Positions 29,701-44,700 of a stretch of 64,000 bases of DNA are shown one piece after another. The DNA lies in NCBI GenBank assembly GCA_964035545.1, contig OZ037771.1:9924480-9988479 (forward strand). Direction: 5' to 3'. The notes under the pieces were generated by a model. The model did no database searches, was not told the DNA's origin, and saw only the letters and a list, made by a program, of their open reading frames with translations. The position numbers and the translations under genes are program-made. The stretch is from Bugula neritina. Its lineage: Eukaryota; Animalia; Bryozoa. Within the stretch, counting starts at the first letter, position 1, and each line of letters opens with the position of its first letter.

Positions 29701-32700
29701 CAACATACTGCAACATACTGAAATACACTGTAACATACTCAAATACACTGCAACATTCTGCAACATATCGAAATATACTGCAACACACTGAAATATACTG
29801 CAACACACTGAAATATACTGCAAAATACTAAAATATACTTCAACATACTGCAACATACTGAAAGACACTACAACTCACTGAAGTATAGTGCAATATACAG
29901 AAATGTACTCTAACATACTGATATTTAATGTTACACACTGAAATATACTACAACATACTGAAATACACTGTAACATACCGAAATAAGCTGCAACATACTG
30001 CAACATACTGAAATACACTGTAACATGAAGAAGTACACTGCAAGACATTGAAATACACTGCAACAAACTGAAATATACTGCAACATACTGAAATGTACTG
30101 CAACATAGTGAAATACATTGCAACATATCGAAGTATATCGTAAAATACGGACATGTACTGTAACATACTGAAACACACTGAAACATACTGAAACATACTG
30201 AAACATACTGAAACATACTGAGATACACTGCAAAATACTGCAACATACTGAAATACACTGTAACATGATGAAATACACTGCAACACATTGAAATATACTG
30301 CAAAAAACTGAAATATACTGCAACATACTGAAACGTGCTGCAACATACTGAAATACATTGCAATATATCGAAGTATATCGTAATATACGGACATGTACTG
30401 TAACATACTGAAACACACTGAAACATACTGAAACATACTGAAATATACTGAAATATACTGAAATACACTGTAACACATTGAAAAATACTGCAACATACTG
30501 AAGGACACTTCAACTCACTGAAGTATAGTGTAATATACAGAAATGTACTGTAACATACTGATATTTACTGTAACACACTGAAATATACTGCAACATACTG
30601 AAATACACTGCAACATTCTGCAACATACTTCAACGTACTGAAAGACATTGTAACATAATGAAATACACTGCAACACATTGAAATATACCGCAACAGACTG
30701 GAATATACTGCAACACATCCAAGTACATCGTAATATACGGACATGTACTGCAACATACTGGAACATACTGAAACATACTGCAACATTCTGAAGTACACTG
30801 TAAAATATTGAAATACACCGCAACAAACTGCAACATACTGAAGTACACTGTACATATTGAAAAACACTGCAACACACTGAAATATACTGCAACACACTGA
30901 AATATACTGCAAAATACTGAATTATACTTCAACATACTGCAACATACTGAAAGACACTACAACTCACTGAAGTATAGTGCAATATACAGAAATGTATTCT
31001 AACATACTGATATTTAATGTTACACACTGAAATATACTGCAACATACTGCAACATACTAAAATACACTGTAACATGATGTAGTACACTGCAACACATTGA
31101 AATATACTGCAACAAACTGAAATATACTGCAACATACTGAAATGTACTGAAACATACTGAAATACACTGCAACATACTGCAACATACTGCAACATACTGA
31201 AGTACACTGAAATATACTGAAATACACTGTAACACATTGAAAAATACTGCAACATACTGAAAGACACTTCAACTCACTGAAGTATAGTGTAATATACGGA
31301 AATGTACTGTAACATACTGATAATTACTGCAACACACTGAAATATACTGCAACATACTGAAATACACTGTAACATACCGAAATAAACTGCAACATAATGC
31401 AACATACTGAATTACACTGTAACATACTAAATTACACTGCAACATTCTGCAACATAGTTCAACGTACTGAATATACTGTAACATAATGAAATACACTGCA
31501 ACATACTGCAACATACTGAAGTACACCGTAAAATGTTAAAATACACTGCAACACATTCGAATATACTGCAACACACTGAAATATACTGTAACATACTGAA
31601 ACATGAGCAATATACTGAAAGATGCCTCAACATACTCAAATACACTGCAAGAAACTGCAACATACGTAAATACACTGTAACATACTGAAATACACTGAAA
31701 CATACTGCAACATACTGCAACATACTGAAGTACACTGTGAAATATTCAAATACACTGCAACACATTGAAATACACTGCAACACACTGAAATATACTGCAA
31801 CATACTGAAATGTACTTCAACATAATGAAAAACACTGCAACATATCAAAGTATATCGTAATATACAGACATGTACTGTAACATACCGAAACATACTGAAA
31901 CATACTGAAACATACTGAAACATACTGAAACACACTGTAACAAACTGAAATACACTGCAACAAGTTGGAATATACTGCAACATACCCAAGTATATGGTAA
32001 TATAATGAAATATACTGCAACATACCGCAACATACTGAAAAACACTGTAACAAACTGAAATACGCTGCAACACAATGGAATATACTGCAACATATCCAAA
32101 TAAATGGTAATATACTGAAATATATTGAAATACACTGTAACACATTGAAAAATACTGCAACATACTGAAACACACTACAACTGACTGAAGTATAGTGTAA
32201 CTTACTGAAATGTACTGTAACATACTGATATTTACTGCAACACACTGAAACATACCATACTGCAACATACTGAAATACACTGTTACATACTAAAATACAC
32301 TGCAACATACTAAAATACACTGCAACAATCTGCAACATTCTGCAACATACTTCAACATACTGAAATACACTGTAACAAACTGAAATACGCTGCAACATTC
32401 TGCAACATATTGAAATATGCTGCAACACACTGAAATATACTGCAACACGTCCAAGTAGACTGTAATATAAGGACATGTACTGTAACATACTGAAACAAAA
32501 TGAAATATACTGTAACACTCTGGGTAATACTGCAAAATGCTGAAATATACTGTAACACAGTGAAGTATACTGCAAAATTCTGAAACATACTGCAACATAC
32601 TAAAACATGAGCAATATACTGAAAAATGCCTCAGCATACTCAAATATACTGCAAGATGCTGCAACATACGTAAATACACTGTAACATACTGAAATACACT

Positions 32701-35700
32701 GCAACATACTGCAGCATACTGAAGTACACTGTAAAATACTGAAATACACTGCAACACATTGGAATATACTGCAACACACTGAAATATACTGCAACATACT
32801 GAAATATACTGCAACATACTGCAACATACTGAAGTGCACTGTAACATACTGTAACTTACTGAAATACACTGCAACAAACTGTAACATACTGAAACACACT
32901 GAAACATACTGAAACATACTGAAACATACTGTAACATACCGAAACACACTGAAACATACTGAAACATACTGAGACATACTGAAATACACTGCAACATACT
33001 GAAACATACTGAAATATACTGAAATATACTGAAATACGCTGTAACACATTGAAAAATACTGCAACATACTGAAAGACACTTCAACTCACTGAAGTATAGT
33101 GTAATATACGGAAATGTACTGTAACATACTGATATTTACTGTAACACACTGAAATATACTGCAACATACTGAAATGCACTGTAACATACCGAAATAAACT
33201 GCAACATAATGCAACATACTGAATTACACTGTAACATACTAAAATACACTGCAACATTCTGCAACATACTTCAACGTACTGAAAGACACTGTAACATAAT
33301 GAAATACACTGCAACACATTGAAATATACCGCAACAGACTGGAATATACTGCAACACGTCCAAGTACATCGTAATATACGGACATGTACTGTAACATACT
33401 GGAACATACTGAAACATACTGCAACACTCTGAAGTACACTGTAAAATATTGAAATACACTGCAACAAACTGCAACATACTGCAGTACACTGTACATATTG
33501 AAAAACACTGCAACACACTGAAATATACTGCAACACACTGAAATATACTGCAAAATACTGAATTATACTTCAACATACTGCAACATACTGAAAGACACTA
33601 CAACTCACTGAAGTATAGTGCAATATACAGAAATGTACTCTAACATACTGATATTTAATGTTACACACTGAAATATACTACAACATACTGAAATACGCTG
33701 CAACATACCGAAATAAGCTGCAACATACTGCAACATACCGAAATACACTGTAACATGATGTAGTACACTGCAACACATTGAAATATACTGCAACAAACTG
33801 AAATATACTGCAACATACTGAAATGTACTGCAACATACTGAAATACATTGCAACATATCGAAGTATGTTGTAATAAACGGCCATGTACTGTAACATACTG
33901 AAACACACTGAAACATACTGAAACATACTGAAACATACTGAAACATACTGAAATACACTGCAACATACTGAAACATACTGTAACATTATGAAATACACTG
34001 CAACACATTGAAATATACTGCAACAAACTGAAATATACTGCAACATACTAAAACAGACTGCAACATACTGAAATACATTGCAACATATCGAAGTATATCG
34101 TAATATACGGACATGTACTGAAACAAACTGAAACATACTGAAACATACTGAGATACACTGCAACATACTGCAACATACTGAAATACACTGTAACATGATG
34201 AAATACACTGCAACACATTGAAATATACTGCAACAAACTGAAATATCCTGCAACATACTGAAACGTACTGCAACATACTGAAATACACCGTAACATACTC
34301 AAATACACTGCAACATTCTGCAACATATTGAAATACACTGCAACACACTGAAATATACTGCAACACACTGAAATATACTGAAACATACTGAAATATACTG
34401 AAATGTACTGAAATAGACTGTAACACATTGAAAAATACTGCAACATACTGAAAGACACTTCAATTCACTGAGGTATAGTGTAATATACGGAAATGTACTG
34501 TAACATACTGATATTTACTGTAACACACTGAAATATACTGCAACATACTGAAATACACTGTAACATACTCAAATACACTGCAACATTCTGCAACATATTG
34601 AAATACACTGCAACACACTGAAATATACTGCAACACACTGAAATATACTGCAAAATACTGAAATATACTTCAACATACTGCAACATACTGAAAGACACTA
34701 CAACTCACTGAAGTATAGTGCAATATACAGAAATGTACTCTAACATACTGATATTTAATGTTACACACTGAAATATACTACAACATACTGAAATACACTG
34801 TAACATACCGAAATAAGCTGCAACATACTGCAACATACTGAAATACACTGTAACATGATGAAGTACACTGCAACACATTGAAATACACTGCAACAAACTG
34901 AAATATACTGCAACATACTGAAACGTACTGCAACATAGTGAAATACATTGCAACATATCGAAGTATATCGTAATAAACGGACATGTACTGTAACATACTG
35001 AAACACACTGAAACATACTGAAACATACTGAAATACACTGTAACATACTCAAATACACTGCAACATTCTGCAACATATTGAAATATACTGCAACACACTG
35101 AAATATACTGCAACACATCCAAGTACATCGTAATATACGGACATGTACTGTAACATACTGGAACATACTGAAACATACTGCAACCTTCTGAAGTACACTG
35201 TAAAATATTGAAATACACCGCAACAAACTGCAACATACTGAAGTACACTGTACATATTGAAAAACGCTGCAACACACTGAAATATACTGCAACAAACTGA
35301 AATATACTGCAACATACTAAAACAGACTGCAACATACTGAAATACATTGCAACATATCGAAGTATATCGTAATATACGGACATGTACTGAAACATACTGA
35401 AACATACTGAAACATACTGAGATACACTGCAACATACTGCAACATACTGAAATACACTGTAACATGATGAAATACACTGCAACACATTGAAATATACTGC
35501 AACAAACTGAAATATCCTGCAACATACTGAAACGTACTGCAACATACTGAAATACATTGCAACATATCGAAGTATATCGTAATATACGGACATGTACTGA
35601 AACATACTGAAACATACTGAAACATACTGAGATACACTGCAACATACTGCAACATACTGAAATATACTGTAACACATTGAAAAATACTGCAACATACTGA

Positions 35701-38700
35701 AAGACACTTCAACTCACTGAAGTATAGTGTAATATACGGAAATGTACTGTAACATACTGATAATTACTGCAACACACTGAAATATACTGCAACATACTGA
35801 AATACACTGTAACATAATGAAATACACTGCAACATACTGCAACATACTGAAGTACGCTGTAAAATATTAAAATACACTGCAACACATTCGAATATACTGC
35901 AACACACTGAAATATACTGTACCATACTGAAACATGAGCAATATACTAAAAGATGCCTCAACATACTCAAATACACTGCAAGAAACTGCAACATACGTAA
36001 ATGCACTGTAACATACTGAAATACACTGAAACATACTGCAACATACAGAAGTACACTGTAAAATATTCAAATACACTGCAACACATTGAAATACACTGCA
36101 ACACACTGAAATATACTGCAACATACTGAAATGTACTTCAACATAATGAAAAACACTGCAACATATCAAAGTATATCGTAATATACAGACATGTACTGTA
36201 ACATACTGTTACTTACTGAAATACACTGCAACAAACTGTAACATACTGAAACACACTGAAACATACTGAAACATACTGAAACATACTGTAACATACTGAA
36301 ACACACTGAAACATACTGAAACATACTGAGACATACTGAAATACACTGCAACATACTGCAACATACTGAAATATACTGAAATATACTGAAATACACTGTA
36401 ACACTTTGAAAAATACCGCAACATACTGAAAGACACTTCAACTCACTGACGTATAGTGTAATATACGGAAATGTACTGTAACATACTGATATTTACTGTA
36501 ACACACTGAAATATACTGCAACATACTGAAATACACTGTTACATGCCAAAATAAACTGCAACATACTGCAACATACTGAAATACACTGTAACATACTCAA
36601 ATACACTGCAACATTCTGCAACATATTGAAATATACTGCAACACACTGAAATATACTGCAACACATCCAAGTAGACTGTAATATAAGGACATGTACTGTA
36701 ACATACTGAAACAAAATGAAATATACTGTAACACTCTGGGTAATACTGCAAAATGCTGAAATATACTGTAACACAGTGAAGTATACTGCAAAATTCTGAA
36801 ACATACTGCAACATACTAAAACATGAGCAATATACTGAAAAATGCCTCAGCATACTCAAATATACTGCAAGATGCTGCAACATACGTAAATACACTGTAA
36901 CATACTGAAATACACTGCAACATACTGCAGCATACTGAAGTACACTGTAAAATATTGAAATACACTGCAACACATTGGAATATACTGCAACACACTGAAA
37001 TATACTGCAACATACTGAAATATACTGCAACATACTGCAACATACTGAAGTGCACTGTAACATACTGTAACTTACTGAAATACACTGCAACAAACTGTAA
37101 CATACTGAAACACACTGAAACATACTGAAACATACTGAAACATACTGCAACATACTGAAACACACTGAAACATACTGAAACATACTGAGACATACTGAAA
37201 TACACTGCAACATACTGAAACATACTGAAATATACTGAAATATACTGAAATACGCTGTAACACATTGAAAAATACTGCAACATACTGAAAGACACTTCAA
37301 CTCACTGAAGTATAGTGTAATATACGGAAATGTACTGTAACATACTGATATTTACTGTAACACACTGAAATATACTGCAACATACTGAAATGCACTGTAA
37401 CATACCGAAATAAACTGCAACATAATGCAACATACTGAATTACACTGTAACATACTAAAATACACTGCAACATTCTGCAACATCCTTCAACGTACTGAAA
37501 GACACTGTAACATAATGAAATACACTGCAACACATTGAAATATACCGCAACAGACTGGAATATACTGCAACACGTCCAAGTACATCGTAATATACGGACA
37601 TGTACTGTAACATACTGGAACATACTGAAACATACTGCAACACTCTGAAGTACACTGTAAAATATTGAAATACACTGCAACAAACTGCAACATACTGCAG
37701 TACACTGTACATATTGAAAAACACTGCAACACACTGAAATATACTGCAACACACTGAAATATACTGCAAAATACTGAATTATACTTCAACATACTGCAAC
37801 ATACTGAAAGACACTACAACTCACTGAAGTATAGTGCAATATACAGAAATGTACTCTAACATACTGATATTTAATGTTACACACTGAAATATACTACAAC
37901 ATACTGAAATACGCTGCAACATACCGAAATAAGCTGCAACATACTGCAACATACTGAAATACACTGTAACATGATGTAGTACACTGCAACACATTGAAAT
38001 ATACTGCAACAAACTGAAATATACTGCAACATACTGAAATGTACTGCAACATACTGAAATACATTGCAACATATCGAAGTATATTGTAATAAACGGCCAT
38101 GTACTGTAACATACTGAAACACACTGAAACATACTGAAACATACTGAAACATACTGAAACATACTGAAATACACTGCAACATACTGAAACATACTGTAAC
38201 ATTATGAAATACACTGCAAGACATTGAAATATACTGCAACAAACTGAAATATACTGCAACATACTAAAACAGACTGCAACATACTGAAATACATTGCAAC
38301 ATATCGAAGTATATCGTAATATACGGACATGTACTGAAACAAACTGAAACATACTGAAACATACTGAGATACACTGCAACATACTGCAACATACTGAAAT
38401 ACACTGTAACATGATGAAATACACTGCAACACATTGAAATATACTGCAACAAACTGAAATATCCTGCAACATACTGAAACGTACTGCAACATACTGAAAT
38501 ACACTGTAACATACTCAAATACACTGCAACATTCTGCAACATATTGAAATACACTGCAACACACTGAAATATACTGCAACACACTGAAATATACTGAAAC
38601 ATACTGAAATATACTGAAATGTACTGAAATAGACTGTAACACATTGAAAAATACTGCAACATACTGAAAGACACTTCAATTCACTGAGGTATAGTGTAAT

Positions 38701-41700
38701 ATACGGAAATGTACTGTAACATACTGATATTTACTGTAACACACTGAAATATACTGCAACATACTGAAATACACTGTAACATACTCAAATACACTGCAAC
38801 ATTCTGCAACATATTGAAATACACTGCAACACGCTGAAATATACTGCAACACACTGAAATATACTGCAAAATACTGAAATATACTTCAACATACTGCAAC
38901 ATACTGAAAGACACTACAACTCACTGAAGTATAGTGCAATATACAGAAATGTACTCTAACATACTGATATTTAATGTTACACACTGAAATATACTACAAC
39001 ATACTGAAATACACTGTAACATACCGAAATAAGCTGCAACATACTGCAACATACTGAAATACACTGTAACATGATGAAGTACACTGCAACACATTGAAAT
39101 ACACTGCAACAAACTGAAATATACTGCAACATACTGAAACGTACTGCAACATAGTGAAATACATTGCAACATATCGAAGTATATCGTAATAAACGGACAT
39201 GTACTGTAACATACTGAAACACACTGAAACATACTGAAATACTGAAATACACTGTAACATACTCAAATACACTGCAACATTCTGCAACATATTGAAATAT
39301 ACTGCAACACACTGAAATATACTGCAACACATCCAAGTACAACGTAATATACGGACATGTACTGTAACATACTGGAACATACTGAAACATACTGCAACCT
39401 TCTGAAGTACACTGTAAAATATTGAAATACACCGCAACAAACTGCAACATACTGAAGTACACTGTACATATTGAAAAACGCTGCAACACACTGAAATATA
39501 CTGCAACAAACTGAAATATACTGCAACATACTAAAACAGACTGCAACATACTGAAATACATTGCAACATATCGAAGTATATCGTAATATACGGACATGTA
39601 CTGAAACATACTGAAACATACTGAAACATACTGAGATACACTGCAACATACTGCAACATACTGAAATACACTGTAACATGATGAAATACACTGCAACACA
39701 TTGAAATATACTGCAACAAACTGAAATATCCTGCAACATACTGAAACGTACTGCAACATACTGAAATACATTGCAACATATCGAAGTATATCGTAATATA
39801 CGGACATGTACTGAAACATACTGAAACATACTGAAACATACTGAGATACACTGCAACATACTGCAACATACTGAAATATACTGTAACACATTGAAAAATA
39901 CTGCAACATACTGAAAGACACTTCAACTCACTGAAGTATAGTGTAATATACGGAAATGTACTGTAACATACTGATAATTACTGCAACACACTGAAATATA
40001 CTGCAACATACTGAAATACACTGTAACATAATGAAATACACTGCAACATACTGCAACATACTGAAGTACGCTGTAAAATATTAAAATACACTGCAACACA
40101 TTCGAATATACTGCAACACACTGAAATATACTGTACCATACTGAAACATGAGCAATATACTAAAAGATGCCTCAACATACTCAAATACACTGCAAGAAAC
40201 TGCAACATACGTAAATGCACTGTAACATACTGAAATACACTGAAACATACTGCAACATACAGAAGTACACTGTAAAATATTCAAATACACTGCAACACAT
40301 TGAAATACACTGCAACACACTGAAATATACTGCAACATACTGAAATGTACTTCAACATAATGAAAAACACTGCAACATATCAAAGTATATCGTAATATAC
40401 AGACATGTACTGTAACATACTGTTACTTACTGAAATACACTGCAACAAACTGTAACATACTGAAACACACTGAAACATACTGAAACATACTGAAACATAC
40501 TGTAACATACTGAAACACACTGAAACATACTGAAACATACTGAGACATACTGAAATACACTGCAACATACTGCAACATACTGAAATATACTGAAATATAC
40601 TGAAATACACTGTAACACATTGAAAAATACCGCAACATACTGAAAGACACTTCAACTCACTGACGTATAGTGTAATATACGGAAATGTAGTGTAACATAC
40701 TGATATTTACTGTAACACACTGAAATATACTGCAACATACTGAAATACACTGTAACATACTCAAATACACTGCAACATAATGCAACATACTGAATTACAC
40801 TGTAACATACTAAAATACACTGCAACATTCTGCAACATACTTCAACGTACTGAAAGACACTGTAACATAATGAAATACACTGCAACACATTGAAATATAC
40901 CGCAACAGACTGGAATATACTGCAACACGTCCAAGTACATCGTAATATACGGACATGTACTGTAACATACTGGAACATACTGAAACATACTGCAACACTC
41001 TGAAGTACACTGTAAAATATTGAAATACACTGCAACAAACTGCAACATACTGCAGTACACTGTACATATTGAAAAACACTGCAACACACTGAAATATACT
41101 GCAACACACTGAAATATACTGCAAAATACTGAATTATACTTCAACATACTGCAACATACTGAAAGACACTACAACTCACTGAAGTATAGTGCAATATACA
41201 GAAATGTACTCTAACATACTGATATTTACTGTAACACACTGAAATATACTGCAACATACTGAAATACACTGTTACATGCCAAAATAAACTGCAACATACT
41301 GCAACATACTGAAATACACTGTAACATACTCAAATACACTGCAACATTCTGCAACATATTGAAATATACTGCAACACACTGAAATATACTGCAACACATC
41401 CAAGTAGACTGTAATATAAGGACATGTACTGTAACATACTGAAACAAAATGAAATATACTGTAACACTCTGGGTAATACTGCAAAATGCTGAAATATACT
41501 GTAACACAGTGAAGTATACTGCAAAATTCTGAAACATACTGCAACATACTAAAACATGAGCAATATACTGAAAAATGCCTCAGCATACTCAAATATACTG
41601 CAAGATGCTGCAACATACGTAAATACACTGTAACATACTGAAATACACTGCAACATACTGCAGCATACTGAAGTACACTGTAAAATATTGAAATACACTG

Positions 41701-44700
41701 CAACACATTGGAATATACTGCAACACACTGAAATATACTGCAACATACTGAAATATACTGCAACATACTGCAACATACTGAAGTGCACTGTAACATACTG
41801 TAACTTACTGAAATACACTGCAACAAACTGTAACATACTGAAACACACTGAAACATACTGAAACATACTGAAACATACTGCAACATACTGAAACACACTG
41901 AAACATACTGAAACATACTGAGACATACTGAAATGCACTGCAACATACTGAAACATACTGAAATATACTGAAATATACTGAAATACGCTGTAACACATTG
42001 AAAAATACTGCAACATACTGAAAGACACTTCAACTCACTGAAGTATAGTGTAATATACGGAAATGTACTGTAACATACTGATATTTACTGTAACACACTG
42101 AAATATACTGCAACATACTGAAATGCACTGTAACATACCGAAATAAACTGCAACATAATGCAACATACTGAATTACACCGTAACATACTAAAATACACTG
42201 CAACATTCTGCAACATACTTCAACGTACTGAAAGACACTGTAACATAATGAAATACACTGCAACACATTGAAATATACCGCAACAGACTGGAATATACTG
42301 CAACACGTCCAAGTACATCGTAATATACGGACATGTACTGTAACATACTGGAACATACTGAAACATACTGCAACACTCTGAAGTACACTGTAAAATATTG
42401 AAATACACTGCAACAAACTGCAACATACTGCAGTACACTGTACATATTGAAAAACACTGCAACACACTGAAATATACTGCAACACACTGAAATATACTGC
42501 AAAATACTGAATTATACTTCAACATACTGCAACATACTGAAAGACACTACAACTCACTGAAGTATAGTGCAATATACAGAAATGTACTCTAACATACTGA
42601 TATTTAATGTTACACACTGAAATATACTACAACATACTGAAATACGCTGCAACATACCGAAATAAGCTGCAACATACTGCAACATACTGAAATACACTGT
42701 AACATGATGTAGTACACTGCAACACATTGAAATATACTGCAACAAACTGAAATATACTGCAACATACTGAAATGTACTGCAACATACTGAAATACATTGC
42801 AACATATCGAAGTATATTGTAATAAACGGCCATGTACTGTAACATACTGAAACACACTGAAACATACTGAAACATACTGAAACATACTGAAACATACTGA
42901 AATACACTGCAACATACTGAAACATACTGTAACATTATGAAATACACTGCAACACATTGAAATATACTGCAACAAACTGAAAAATACTGCAACATACTAA
43001 AACAGACTGCAACATACTGAAATACATTGCAACATATCGAAGTATATCGTAATATACGGACATGTACTGAAACAAACTGAAACATGCTGAAACATACTGA
43101 GATACACTGCAACATACTGCAACATACTGAAATACACTGTAACATGATGAAATACACTGCAACACATTGAAATATACTGCAACAAACTGAAATATCCTGC
43201 AACATACTGAAACGTACTGCAACATACTGAAATACACTGTAACATACTCAAATACACTGCAACATTCTGCAACATATTGAAATACACTGCAACACACTGA
43301 AATAAACTGCAACACACTGAAATATACTGAAACATACTGAAATATACTGAAATGTACTGAAATAGACTGTAACACATTGAAAAATACTGCAACATACTGA
43401 AAGACACTTCAATTCACTGAGGTATAGTGTAATATACGGAAATGTACTGTAACATACTGATATTTACTGTAACACACTGAAATATACTGCAACATACTGA
43501 AATACACTGTAACATACTCAAATACACTGCAACATTCTGCAACATATTGAAATACACTGCAACACACTGAAATATACTGCAACATACTGAAATACACTGT
43601 AACATAATGAAATACACTGCAACATACTGCAACATACTGAAGTACGCTGTAAAATATTAAAATACACTGCAACACATTCGAATATACTGCAACACACTGA
43701 AATATACTGTACCATACTGAAACATGAGCAATATACTAAAAGATGCCTCAACATACTCAAATACACTGCAAGAAACTGCAACATACGTAAATGCACTGTA
43801 ACATACTGAAATACACTGAAACATACTGCAACATACAGAAGTACACTGTAAAATATTCAAATACACTGCAACACATTGAAATACACTGCAACACACTGAA
43901 ATATACTGCAACATACTGAAATGTACTTCAACATAATGAAAAACACTGCAACATATCAAAGTATATCGTAATATACAGACATGTACTGTAACATACTGTT
44001 ACTTACTGAAATACACTGCAACAAACTGTAACATACTGAAACACACTGAAACATACTGAAACATACTGAAACATACTGTAACATACTGAAACACACTGAA
44101 ACATACTGAAACATACTGAGACATACTGAAATACACTGCAACATACTGCAACATACTGAAATATACTGAAATATACTGAAATACACTGTAACACATTGAA
44201 AAATACCGCAACATACTGAAAGACACTTCAACTCACTGACGTATAGTGTAATATACGGAAATGTAGTGTAACATACTGATATTTACTGTAACACACTGAA
44301 ATATACTGCAACATACTGAAATACACTGTAACATACTCAAATACACTGCAACATAATGCAACATACTGAATTACACTGTAACATACTAAAATACACTGCA
44401 ACATTCTGCAACATACTTCAACGTACTGAAAGACACTGTAACATAATGAAATACACTGCAACACATTGAAATATACCGCAACAGACTGGAATATACTGCA
44501 ACACGTCCAAGTACATCGTAATATACGGACATGTACTGTAACATACTGGAACATACTGAAACATACTGCAACACTCTGAAGTACACTGTAAAATATTGAA
44601 ATACACTGCAACAAACTGCAACATACTGCAGTACACTGTACATATTGAAAAACACTGCAACACACTGAAATATACTGCAACACACTGAAATATACTGCAA

